From positions 136,338,001-136,402,000 of the forward strand of contig OX597817.1 in assembly GCA_951406725.2 (NCBI GenBank): a DNA stretch of 64,000 nt, written 5' to 3'. Positions 11,638 through 23,355 of this stretch are shown here, one piece after another. The position numbers and the translations under genes were made by a program. Positions within the stretch are counted from its first letter, which is position 1, and each line of letters starts with the position of its first letter. Below the pieces are notes generated by a model. The model searched no databases. It was not told where the DNA came from and saw only the letters and a program-made list of their open reading frames with translations. The DNA is from Octopus vulgaris. Taxonomy: Eukaryota.

Positions 11638-12895
11638 TTTTGAGAATTCACCAGAAATATTGATCTCCCCCCCCCCCCGTTGTCAACTGAAAATCAGTCA
11701 CTGAATTAATAACTGATCACCAGCTTCACAATACTTTACTGACACTACAACTTCATCTACAAATAACCCTAACCCATACTACAGCTTAAACCGCCAACCT
11801 CACAATACTTTGCCCACACTATAAATGAAGACACAACATTTCATTTTTCCCAATTTTATTTTGAATGGTTTGTTTTTTTTATGTTTAATTTCTTCGATTG
11901 ATTTTATATATGTTACTGAAGAAAACTTGTGTGATGGCTTTTCCATGTTCCTGTCTTTGTTTTAGGAGAGTTACAGAAGACTTGTTGGTGTTGCTGAGAA
12001 CAAGGCAGCCCATCAAGTACTGGTGCCATGATAAAATGTCCCAAATACACTCTACAAGCTGACTCATACAATTAGTCAAGAATTATGGGGAGATTAAAAA
12101 CTCTTTAGAATCTGAAAAGGGACTCAGTTTAGTTAATAAAATGTTTTAACTCCAACAATCAAATTTTAATGAAATACAATGTTTTTGACTTAATCAAAAC
12201 AGGTCAAACTAAAATTATTGGATTTGATTTTGTTTGGTGTTGAATTTTTTCTTTTCTCCCCCAAACAAGATTTCCTAAGTGAGTGGCACTTTGAGACAAT
12301 ATAACATTTCAATCTAAAAGTGAACATGGTTTATAAGATCAGTCAATCTGTACAAGTATGAAAATACCAAAACTAAAAAAAAAAAAAAAAAAAGTAATAA
12401 ATGAAAAACAAAAAAAATATGTTTTTCTTTTTTTGTAGTTGTTGTAATGCCACAAATAAATGCTATGAGTAATTAGATTAGGATAAACTGAATCTGGAAA
12501 AGTGTAGTAATGTGCAATTGAAGAGGTGCTCACAATGACATCACAACAAATAGCATATTAAGCCGGAAATAAAATTAAATTGGGGGAAAAAATTGATGGA
12601 TGTAAACATTAGTTTAGTTTTGGTTTTCATATTTTAGTGGTGTTTTGTAGTCTTTATTATTTGGTTCATTCATTCATATTGCAATGGAGCAGAATATCAA
12701 AATATTTTTAAAGAAAAACACATAAAACAAAGACGAAGACCAGTTACAGGTTAGCGGACACTAGTCAGAATTTGCCTAAAATTGTGTTAAGGCAATTTGA
12801 CTGGAATGCAAATTAAACACCTTTAATTATTCCAGAGGTTGAAATAAGGTCTAGCAAAAGGTTATGATGTTGGTGCAACCAAGTAAAATCCTTAC

Positions 12896-12911
12896 AAAGA
12901 AACGGTTCAGT
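12896..12911 (-). other. Candidate 16-nt microexon ACTGAACCGTTTCTTT
   Basis: Strong acceptor (T)11cattttctctgcag| and donor |gtaagg. Confidence 0.4.
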
Positions 12912-13508
12912 CTGCAGAGAAAATGAAAAAAAAAAAGTTAGCAAAAATTATCTAAAATTGAACTCTAAGGATCTGTATTATAGATATCTGCTACCCTAAA
13001 TTTGAAAACATCATCAGGAAGCTGACTTAACATGCTGGGGTGTAGATGGTAATTGTAACTTATAACTGCCTGTAGATATTTGATGAACTCTTGGTTAGGT
13101 GCATTAGCAGTGCCCTGCTGTGTCTGTTTTCATCCTTCCGATCAATAAAACAAGTATCAGTAAGATAATGAGGTTGATTTAATCAACCACAACAGGCTCT
13201 CAAAATAATGGCAGTCTGCCCACTTAAAAAATCAATATTGTTTAGATAAGTTTTACTTTAAGGAATCATTAAATCACAATCTAGATTCATTCGAGCAATA
13301 TTTCAAAGTCTTCATCATGACTCTCTCTATAATTGCCAAGGGCTATTACAATGGGCAGATAATTGAGTTTTAATTTCATGTACAGACAACTAAGTTATAT
13401 CAGTAAGCATCAAGATAGTTCCTGCTTAAAGTAAAAGTGCTGTTATGTATTATATAACACTTTATATAGTGAAAGTGTTACAGTGCATATACATATATAT
13501 ATATGTAT

Positions 13509-14280
13509 ATCATCATCATCATTATCATTGTCGTTTAACGTCCGCTTTCCATGCTAGCATGAGTTGGACGGTTTGACTTGGGTCTGGGAAGCCAGGAGGC
13601 TGCACCAGGCTCAGTCTGATCTGGCAGTATTTCTACAGCTGGATGCCCTTCCTAACGCCAACCACTCCTAGAGTGTAGTGGGTGCTTTTTACGTGCCAGC
13701 CGAGGCTGGCAATGGCCACAATCGGTTGGTGCTTTTTACATACCACTGGCACGGAGGCCAGTTGAGGCGGCGCTAGAAATGGCCACGTTTGGATGGTTCT
13801 TTTACATGCCACCGGCACTGGTATCACAGCTGGTGAGCCAGAAGGCGGCACCAAGCTCCAATCTGATCTGGCAGAGTTTCTACAGCTGTATGCCCTTCCA
13901 AACACCAACTACTTCGAGAGTGTAGTGGGTGCTTTTACGTGCCACCTGCACAAGGTCCAGTAAGCTGGTTCTGGCAACAACAATGCTCAAAGGGTGTTTT
14001 TTTAAGTGCTACCTGCTCGGAAGTCAGTGCGACAGCATTGGCAACAAACACACTTGAATGTTGTTTTTCACGTGCCACCGGCAAGGTGACGCTGGCAAAA
14101 ATCACACTTGAATGGTGCTTTTTACATGCCACCAGCACGGGAGCCAATCTACGGCCCTGGCAACGATCATGCTAGGATGTGCTTTTAACATTCCACTGGC
14201 ATGAGTGCCAATCAGGCAGTACTCAGCCACATCAGCGATTTTGATTTTAATTTCACTTGCCTCAATAGGTCTTTGCAAGC
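13509..14280 (-). mobile_element. Two tandem RTE-LINE 3'UTR copies
   Basis: Family core at ~13615-13700 and again at ~13860-13945. Confidence 0.85.
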
Positions 14281-14372
14281 AAAGTTTGTGTGTGTGTGTG
14301 TATAAAGTAAGAGAGTGTATATGCCTATATTATACATGCATGTGTGTATATACACATTTACACATTATACAG

Positions 14373-14450
<78 letters not shown>

Positions 14451-15124
14451 ATATAGTATATAAAGCATCAAATGAAACAAAAGTAGTAAAGTGCTGCTCT
14501 TTAGGTCCATGCAGTAAATGATGGTCATGAGGATGAGGAAAACGAGAAGTAAATAATCTGGAGCAGAAAGAAAAAGTTTGTGAGAGAATCAAAAAAAGAT
14601 GTTGGACATGAAATAAATCCACAAAGAATAGGACTGTTTAGGAATGGTGACAGCAGTGAATAGAACTGGCTACTATCATCATCATCATCACTATTAATTC
14701 CAGCATCCTCACCACCACAACTAGCAACTTCTTTGCACTTTTTATAATTACTGGCAATTGTATCATGATAAAAGTTAAGTTAATTATTAGAAATATTGAT
14801 GGGAGCTAATTAATTATAATTATGCTGATTGACAGTCAATTAATCATCATTATCATCACCATCATCAGAATCATTGCCAAGAGCAGTATCTTGGCAAGAG
14901 AGTACTTGACAAATTGAGGCTGGAAGACAATTTCCATCTCAAATTGTGACTTTCATCTATTTCTTTAATGTCAGTTTTTAAACAACATTAATGACACTTC
15001 TTTCTATTTTACTTTGTTCTTTAGAAAAAAAAATATCATGACCACCACCACCACCACCATTTTATATGAGGATACCTCTTACATTGAAGAGGCAGTAACC
15101 ATCCACCATTGACAATTAAACAAG

Positions 15125-15390
15125 TAGTTAATTACATTAGTAAATCTGCTTCTAACCAATCCTCTGATGAAGAATCCTTCAAAAAGCAGCTCCATATCAC
15201 AACAGCACATTAGAAATATCGAATTTTAAGGACAATATAACCTGTATCGAACCAAACTTAGATAGGACAAAAAAGACAGACATAAGAGGATTTTGTGGTA
15301 TTATCCTCTATACAACATGGGTGTGATTGCAAACACATAAGCTCTTCAATAGAAGCACAGTAAAAATTAGCTATAGTTATCCCTTGCTCC
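15125..15390 (+). pseudogene. Penelope-like RT/linker relic
   Basis: Translates to SNQSSDEESFKK..., HKRILWYYPLYN and KLFNRSTVKISYS, which resemble PLE RT C-terminal motifs. Confidence 0.65.
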
Positions 15391-15947
15391 CCCGACACAA
15401 AGCTGATGACCTTCAGTCACAATAAGATCAATAACACTAGGAATATCCCACATAGATTTTATAGTTGAAGATAACCCTTTGAAGAATATGTGCCTAGAAA
15501 AAAGAACAGGTTTACATGGATGAAACCACAAGAAAACTTGCACTGAAATGACTGAAAATACCTTCTAGAAAAATTTAAAGGCAGCGCTTGGCGTTGTTCA
15601 GAAATATGAATAAAAGGATGCAACATCTTTATCTAAGATGATATGGATCCTTAAAGACAGAAACATGGACAACTTCAACATAGAGTTGAGCAACAAATGT
15701 AAGGAATGAGGTAGCAGATGCAATCTCTGTATTACAGAGAAATCAAATAGCGTAATTTCAACAACAAATATTTTAAACATTAGGAAAGAAACCTTTTCAC
15801 CTTGCGTGCACAAACAATTTAAACTGTGAAATTTCAAGTAGACACATACACACACACACACATGAGTGTGTGTGAGTAATTGTTTTAAGATAGTCATGGC
15901 CTGAGTCAATTCTAGCTAAAATCTATTTCAGTATATTCATATATACA

Positions 15948-16530
15948 CATCATCATCATCATCATTTAACACCTGTTTTGCCATGCTAGTATGGTTTGGA
16001 TGGTTTGACTGAAAACTGGTAAGCTGAGAGCTGCACCAGGTTCCAGCCTAATTCGGCATGGTTTCTATGGCTGGAAGCCCTTCCTAATGCCAACCACTTC
16101 AAGAGTGTAGTGGGTATTTCATATGTGCCACTGGTACAGATGCCAGTTACGCAGTATCGGCATTGGCCATAACTATGATCTCACTTGGCTTGACAGGTGT
16201 TCTCAAACACAGTATATTGCCAAAGGTCTTGGTCACTTGTCATTGCCTCCATGAGGCCCAGTGTTTGAATGGTGCTTTTTACATGTCACAGGTGCCAGTT
16301 ATGTGACACTGGCATCAGTCATGACTACGACTTCACTTGGCTTGAAAGGTCTACTGAAACATGGCATATCGCCCAGTGTTCAAGAGTGCTCTTTACGTGA
16401 CACTGGCATCAGCCAGAACTACAATTTTCTGAAACATGGCATTTCGCCAAAGGTCTCAGTCACTTATCATTGCCTCCATGAGATCCAATGTTCAAAGATC
16501 ATGCTTCACCACCTCGTCCCATGTCTTCCT
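15948..16530 (-). mobile_element. RTE-LINE 3' end
   Basis: (CAT)n tail and family core. The RKTWDEVVKHD-coding segment at ~16500-16530 matches 53903-53935. Confidence 0.85.
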
Positions 16531-16848
16531 GGAATATTGTTTGCCTCTCAAACCCTCTTTCATGGAGCCAAAGAGATGATAGTCCCGAGACGATAATAGT
16601 CCAGTGACAAGGAAGTGAAAACTGTATTAAAGAAGTGGCTCAAAGAACAGTCAACAGAATTTTATGGGGCAGGGATACATGCTCTCATTCAAAGGTGGAA
16701 CATTTCTATTGAGAGAAACAGTGACTATGTTGAGAAGTAGGGATGTGATCCACAGAGGACCAGTTTCATTTTGATGTATGATACATGTTCCTGTGTTGGT
16801 ATTTATACCTGTCCTAAACAAAATGGCATTACTTTTTGACTTACCCTC

Positions 16849-16849
<1 letters not shown>
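16529..16849 (+). mobile_element. Partial copy of the mariner fold-back MITE
   Basis: KKWLKEQSTEFY...RW...DYVEK* followed by TIR ...ttaccctcg-TA. Shares its central junction with 35446-35994. Confidence 0.85.
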
Positions 16850-16886
<37 letters not shown>

Positions 16887-17761
16887 ACAATAAATATGAT
16901 GAATTCAAACTTTTGAGATTCAAAATTTTTGCCAACATGTGCATAATAACAGAAATACATTTACAGAAAATTTATCAAAACTCGTAATTTTATTTGATTA
17001 TTGTTGTTGTTGTTATTATTGTTATTAATGATATTACTACAGTTAGCTGTAGCAGTAACAATTTCATAAATCACTAATGCTGTTGTTGGTTTTGTTGAAA
17101 TGGTGATAGAAATGATAATTGTAAAATTGAAGTTGGCTCAAACCACAGTTCCTTTGCATCAGCTAAATGTTCATTTGAAGACCTGTTCAAAGTATATGTG
17201 TATTGATTTCTCAGAGACCAATGTTTTATCCAGAGAGATTTTGGCTCAATGTCTGATACTGACCAAAGTTTTATCAGAAACAGATATTTTACACCCTGAC
17301 TAATGTGTGTTGATAAGGAAATAAAACATAAAGTAGTTTCGTCTTAACAAGAGACAGTTCTATAGTAGTTGCTGTGGCCTCCATTTGTTCTGTTGGTAAC
17401 TATAAATGTGATTATCTCTTAAACCCTAAGAAAATTTTAAATCACTTAACTCCATGGTGGTAAGTGGATAAAATACAAGTCTACAGAAATAGTATGACAA
17501 TATATCACAGGTTACATTCCAAGGTGAACTGCAGCTTATTCTCGGTAAACTAATGCAGTGTGATACTAGAGGGTTTATGTTAAAAACCTTTAAATGGTCT
17601 TCTACAATTATATCCATTCAGCTAGGTCCCTTTTCTATAAGTCTGTTTGTTTGGATACACAACGCAATGGTGACTAGTTAAAGAAACTATTAACAAGAAA
17701 TGTATGAAGGGGCGATCTGACCCCTTCATACAAATGGAGGCCACAGCAACTACTATAAATT

Positions 17762-17998
17762 TAAGGCAGCGAGCTGGCAGAAATGTTAGCATGCCGGGCA
17801 AAATGGTTAGTGGTATTTCGCCTGCCACTATGTTCTGAGTTCAAATTCTGCCATGGTTGACTTTGCCTTTCATCCTTTCGGGGTCGATTAAATAAGTACC
17901 AGTTACACACTGGGATTGATATAATCGACTTAATCTATTTGTCTGTCCTGGTCTGTCCCTCTGTGTCTAGCCCCTTGTGGGCAGTAAAGAAACAAGAA
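17762..17998 (+). mobile_element. tRNA-derived SINE with gcctttcatcctttcggggtcgat central domain (Meta/Nin-like)
   Basis: A box (tggcagaaatg), B box (gagttcaaattc) and a 20-bp target duplication at 17692-17711 / 17991-18010. Confidence 0.85.
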
Positions 17999-18374
17999 AT
18001 GTACGAAGGGCTGGATTTTCTGTAGTGGTGATCATACAAATATGACATATACTACATTATGCAACACCAGACAAAACTTGATGGGAGAACATTAGTTAAC
18101 AATACAAAAGTTTTATAAATGAGAAGACTAATTATGAAAAACATAACTATAGCAGAAGACAATGTAAAGTCTAACACACACACAACAAAGAAAAACCAAT
18201 TTGAGTATTTTATGGAAACTGGAGCTGTTAGCTGGACACAATAGACACCATTCTTAAATGTCAGTGCTCTTACCTAGATGGCAACATTAATAATTATTTC
18301 ATCTGTAAGTATATTTACCTGAAAGAAGCTTGTCTTTTATATATATTTATATATATATATATATATATATAATG

Positions 18375-18587
18375 TAAATGTTTGTGTGCTTGTGTTTGCC
18401 CCACATCCCCCACCATCGCTTGACAACCGATGTTGGTGTGATTACGTCCCTGTAACTTAGCAGTTTGGCAAAAGAGATCGATAGAATAAGTACTAGGCTT
18501 ACAGAGAATAAGTCCTGGGGTTGATTTGTGTGACTAAAGGTGGTGCTCCAGCATGGCTGAAGTCAAATGACTGAAACAGATAAAAGA

Positions 18588-18620
<33 letters not shown>

Positions 18621-18775
18621 GCTTCTTACAGTTTCTGTCTTCCAATTCTAATCACAAGGCTTTGGTGAACCCAGGGGTCAAAAGTAGAAGACACTTATGT
18701 AGGTGCAACACAGTAGGAGTGATCCCAAGACCACATAGTGAAAGTACAAGCTTCTTAACCATACGGAACACCTAT
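18375..18775. mobile_element. CORE-like SINE pieces: 3' half on + (18375-18590), 5' half on - (18615-18775)
   Basis: Homology to 22972-23355 and 63208-63570. Confidence 0.75.
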
Positions 18776-18979
18776 GCCAAGTCACACACGCATGTACACA
18801 GACACATGCATATAGTTATTCTATTGTTTATCTTCTGTACAGAGGCTCTATTAATTCCTGTTCTACTAAACCTGTATCCCATAAACGGGACACTTAATAT
18901 ACCATCATTGTTACATTCTTTTATTCTCGAACTAAACTAAACATTTTGAAGTTCAACATAGAAAACATTTATTCCTTAC

Positions 18980-19098
18980 CACAACCAAAGTTCTCTGAAT
19001 GCTGACTTCAATCCTATTTCTTCCCCAGGAATTGTCAAGTTAAACTCTACCAAGGACTGAGTTGAAATAGGTCATAAAAACTGTCCTTTCTCCTTGCG
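18980..19098 (-). other. Candidate 119-nt exon (stops in all frames; ARRKDSFYDLFQLSPW* in one)
   Basis: tattttttttag| acceptor and |gtaagg donor, with a weaker internal gtagag donor after 48 nt. Confidence 0.35.
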
Positions 19099-19572
19099 CT
19101 AAAAAAAATACTAAATAAACCCCTTTTTCTAATTCAGTATAACACAAACATGTTACCTGCTTACATCTAAATCCAGGCCACACTTGGGCCATAGTGAAAA
19201 ATACCAAGGTATGTGCTATTTAGAACTTCTAGTCATCATACCAATTTGACAAGGTGCTAGTTTTAAGAACACTTAAGACTTCAATATTTATGTATCCCAG
19301 AAATATAGTGAAATTTGAACATGAATCAACAGAGTTTCAAGTTTGCTATATACCTAACTGTTCAACTCTCCTGATTTACACAATCAAAAAAGTCATTATT
19401 ATATTCTATTTAACACATAATGCCTTGTTTGAAGACAATGCTATACAGCTGATTATGTTACATAATCAACTAAGAAAAGTATGTGGGGTTAATAAAATGT
19501 TTTATAATGAAGTTAATTAGAATAATTTTGAACGTAAAGTATTTAACATAATTAAGTACAACAATAACTTAC

Positions 19573-19620
19573 ACCCAATGCTTATAATCTTTCATTTTGT
19601 TGGTTTATTATATTCACCAA
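19573..19620 (-). other. Candidate 48-nt exon with internal ATG (MKDYKHWV)
   Basis: cgtttttttatttttag| acceptor, |gtaagt donor and CAAAATG context. Confidence 0.4.
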
Positions 19621-20449
19621 CTAAAAATAAAAAAACGAAGTTTGCATGCTAAACCTGATCTGAAAACAAACAAAAAGAAATTTTAATATTTATTGCATAA
19701 ACAAAATGCTAGCCACTTTCACTAAATGCATTCTAAAGACTATTGCTGGTACATTAATTAAAATCATCAATCATTAATCAAAAAGATACACACAAACATG
19801 TATACATACACCATCACACCCATGAATACAATCAATTAAATTTGAAAATAATCCATTACCCAACTGAAACGTTACTTAACAATCAACAATGTCAGTTAAG
19901 CACATACTGAAAAACCAGTCTTCTGTACAACCATGAGAAGCAGGCAATAAAAGATCTTGCAGTCTGTTTAAGTCATATACAGGATGTGTGGCCTGTATTT
20001 TGTCAATGAAATATAAGACATTTTCACCAAACGTGTCAACAATAACCAGTTGTCAATTATATCTTAGCAAACTTGTTTATGATAAGGAATTGTCAATAAG
20101 GAGAATTATGTTTGTCAGAACTTAACGATGGTAGCAATAAACCACATTCACATAGCACAAAAGATCAAATAATGGTCAAAGAAAACTTCTAGTAACATCA
20201 TCCTAAAACCTATTTCCCCACATGGCCAACAACCTTCTAAAGACTTTATTACAGTATAAAAGAATGTCTTTATCGTGAACATTTTTGTGTGAGTTCTTCC
20301 CGCTATTTTATGATTTGGACAGAACTTGTAGCTGTTGCAGCTATTTGTGACTGGATGAAATAAATATGCAGTTTGATGCCTGGACAAATCCTATTGAAAT
20401 ACACTTGGCAAAAGTCCAAGAAATACAACTTGCAAGGTAAGAGACCGCT

Positions 20450-20760
20450 CAGGCAGTAGCACTAGAGAATATTTCTTAGGTGGTGGTCATTTAGCATAGG
20501 CTAGGGTTGTCGATGAAGGAAACAGTAGTAGTCAATGTCCCCCGTGTTACATTTATCAATTCAATCTGAATTGGGGACTTTAGGGCATATGAGAGAAGTG
20601 ATCCTAAGAGATGGTTTAAGTCCCCTGCTGCTAACATGGGTGGATCAAGAAGAAAGCACATTTGCAGTGAAAGATGGGGAGTATAGAGGAGATGGAGGAG
20701 CCGTAACAAATGAAGTAAATTTGAATAATAAACAACAAGCAGAACAGCTGTTGTCATTTA
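20450..20760 (-). pseudogene. Possible old LINE apurinic-endonuclease relic
   Basis: AAGDLN (GDFN-like) and a downstream NDH-like motif; heavily decayed. Confidence 0.3.
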
Positions 20761-21659
20761 GTAATCAGATGTGAAGTAGTTTGCCTTTGTTAGGAAATGA
20801 TTAGATGAGAGTGTGGTAAGAAAACTATGATAACAATCAAAGGAAAGTGGATTTGGCAGTCCCTGATATGGATGGTTTAGACGTGATTAAATGGTGCACA
20901 GAGTTGACAAATAACATCTGTACTGGGATTTGTGTGAGCAGAGATTAAAGAAAGAGAGATCGAAAAGAATAGCAACTATACAAAAAATTAGTACAGGAGC
21001 CTTGAATAGAGATAAAGAAAGAGGAACCATCAAAAGGACATCTCTTATGTTCACCTGCATGGCCATCTTCAGACGGCATTAGGCACAGAAAGATGATAGA
21101 GAGAAACTATCAACACCACAGCCCTTGAAGGTCATCTAAGTGTTAATCTCCACACAGTCTTTGAAAGTTAGATAGATAGATAGATAGTTAGATAGATGGA
21201 TGGCTGGAGAAAGAGAGAGAGCATTAAATCATACATTGTGTTAGTCTGTAAATACATTATATCATGTGGCAGGGTATTTGTATATGCTTTTATGAGAACA
21301 AATATGCTTTTAATGAATAAAACTAATTAACTGTATTATTAATATTAGCTGTATTATTGACCAAAATATTAATATTTTAGTCAGTCATATTTTTTGGTGA
21401 CATCAGATTTAATAACAACAATATGATATAACACTCTCAAAAATGCTTTTTGTAAATATGTGAGTATGTGTGTATTGTGTACCATTGCGGTACAATGTAT
21501 GTAAGCCGATATGAAAGAAAAGCTGGATTGAGGTATCTTCAGAGATATGTACATATTCTGTGACACACAACATACATACCCAATGCTCAGGCTGACATCA
21601 GCTTCACAGATCATCCAGCATGCAAGGCTGCAGTAGATATGGTATTACATTTCAGACCA

Positions 21660-21840
21660 ATCATTATTGATTCGCCTTTTACCTTCTCTCAGCACCATAG
21701 CCTATATTATTGGTCACCTTAACTTTCTCTCAGTTGTATAATCTATATTAGCAATCACCTTGTCAGTCTCACTGTTTTAAACTATATCACTGGTCATCTT
21801 GACCCTCACTTTACTGTAAACTTGGCCATCTTGATCTTCT
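21660..21840. repeat. Degenerate ~40-bp minisatellite (about 4 units)
   Basis: ctatat(t/c)a..g(g/c)tcacctt recurs at ~21702, 21743 and 21782. Confidence 0.55.
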
Positions 21841-21899
21841 CTTTTATGTTTCTCAACAGTTTCTTGGTAGTGAAAGTAGAGAGTTTAGGAAAGCATAAA

Positions 21900-22135
21900 A
21901 GAGACAATCCAAAAGTGACATGAAAGTTTGAAAACACAGTCTAAGTGCAGGGCTAGTTTAGGAGGTGAGTTTCAAAGGGATTCATGTAGGCAACTTGATA
22001 TCACTCAAATTAGAAATACATTTGAAGCAGATGGAACTGTTCAGAATGCCCACAAGAAATGTTCAGGAAGAATGCAAACATCACTGAGCCCTACAAAGGA
22101 AGAAAAGGTACAAGAAATGTATTGCCAAACTCTTG
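21900..22135 (+). pseudogene. Tc1/mariner HTH relic
   Basis: IRNTFEADGTVQNAHKKCSGR resembles the IxxKFExTGSV...SGRPR motif. Confidence 0.6.
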
Positions 22136-22427
22136 AGATAAACCTTCAAAACTTATATATAGAACCATTAAAACAAAGTATATATTATACTTAGATATGA
22201 TAAGTAGAATAGGAAAGAAAACCAGCTCGTTAAAGAAGTTCTTTTAATTTTAATCATCAGAGATTAAAAAAGAATGGAATGAATATGACAAGAATGACTT
22301 GCTTCATTGATAAATTTGAATTTTTTTCTTCTTTTCTTCCTGCCTCAACTCAATGAGACTCATTAAGAAAAATCAAGCAACTGACATTTTTTTTTCTAAT
22401 TAAAAGCATTAATTATATTTGCATTCT

Positions 22428-22575
22428 AAGGTGGTGAGATGGCAGAGTCATTAGTATGCCGGACAAAACGCTTAGCCGTATTTCATTCATCTTTTACAAG
22501 TTGAGCACTGGGGTTGATGTAATTGACTAGACCCCTCTTCCAAACTTTCAGGCCTTGTGCCGATAGTAGAAGGGG
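22428..22575 (+). mobile_element. Deleted Meta/Nin-like SINE
   Basis: Head and tail homologous to 59456-59662. Confidence 0.65.
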
Positions 22576-22757
22576 TTAGTTATATTTGCATCTCATAAAT
22601 GTTGAGTTTATATTGAAAAGGTGAAGAAAGAAATATTAACAATTGGGTTTTACTGTCACTTAGCAGCCTTAGAAAAATGGAAGATTAAGGTTTGAGTTCA
22701 GATCCAAGACTCAGAATGATACACCTCAGTTTCTTTAGTTTTGCTCTACAGTTAATA

Positions 22758-22866
22758 TACATTATTTACATTATTTATATTTGATGGATATTTGTACCTC
22801 ATCTTGTTTGTTGTTAAATAATGTAAATAATGTACATAATTCCTCATCTCTTAAATATAGAACTAT
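22758..22866. mobile_element. Inverted fragments of the tRNA-hammerhead element 3' end
   Basis: Matches 55686-55765 on both strands. Confidence 0.7.
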
Positions 22867-22971
22867 ACAGTTAAGATCTCCAAAAGTTACAGCTTGATGC
22901 TAGGGCTTGTACTCAAATTCATAACACACTCAAAGCTGTATCTAAAAGACTTTCTCTTCAGCTCCAAATAA

Positions 22972-23355
22972 TTTTCTTTTATTCTTTTACTTGTTTCAGT
23001 CATTTGACTGTGGCCATAGTAGGGCACTGTCTTTAGTCAAGCAAATTGACCACAAGACTTATTCTTTGTAAGCCTACTTATTCTATTGGTCTCTTTTGCT
23101 GAAACACTAAGTTATGGAGACATAAACACACCAGCATCGGTTGTCAAGCGATGTTGGTGAGACAAACACAGACACACACACATATATATACAATGAGCTT
23201 CTTTCAGTTTCCATCCACCAAATTCACTCACATGGCTTTGGTCGGCCTGAGGCTATAGCAGAAGGCGCTTGCCCAAGGTTCCACACAGTGGGACTGAACC
23301 AGGAACCATGTGGTTGGTAAGCAAGCTACTTACCAGCACAGCCACTTCTGCACCT
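22972..23355 (-). mobile_element. Full-length tRNA/CORE-like SINE (octopus OR/OK-like)
   Basis: A box tggctgtgctggt, B box ggttcagtccc, ccttgggcaag core, internal TA/TG tract and tail gactgaaacaagtaaaagaa. Confidence 0.85.

Noticed and set aside
18313-18327. Minus-strand tttcag|gtaaat recursive splice site
   Set aside because: A single short motif; similar ones occur on the plus strand (~37823, ~57413), so chance is likely.
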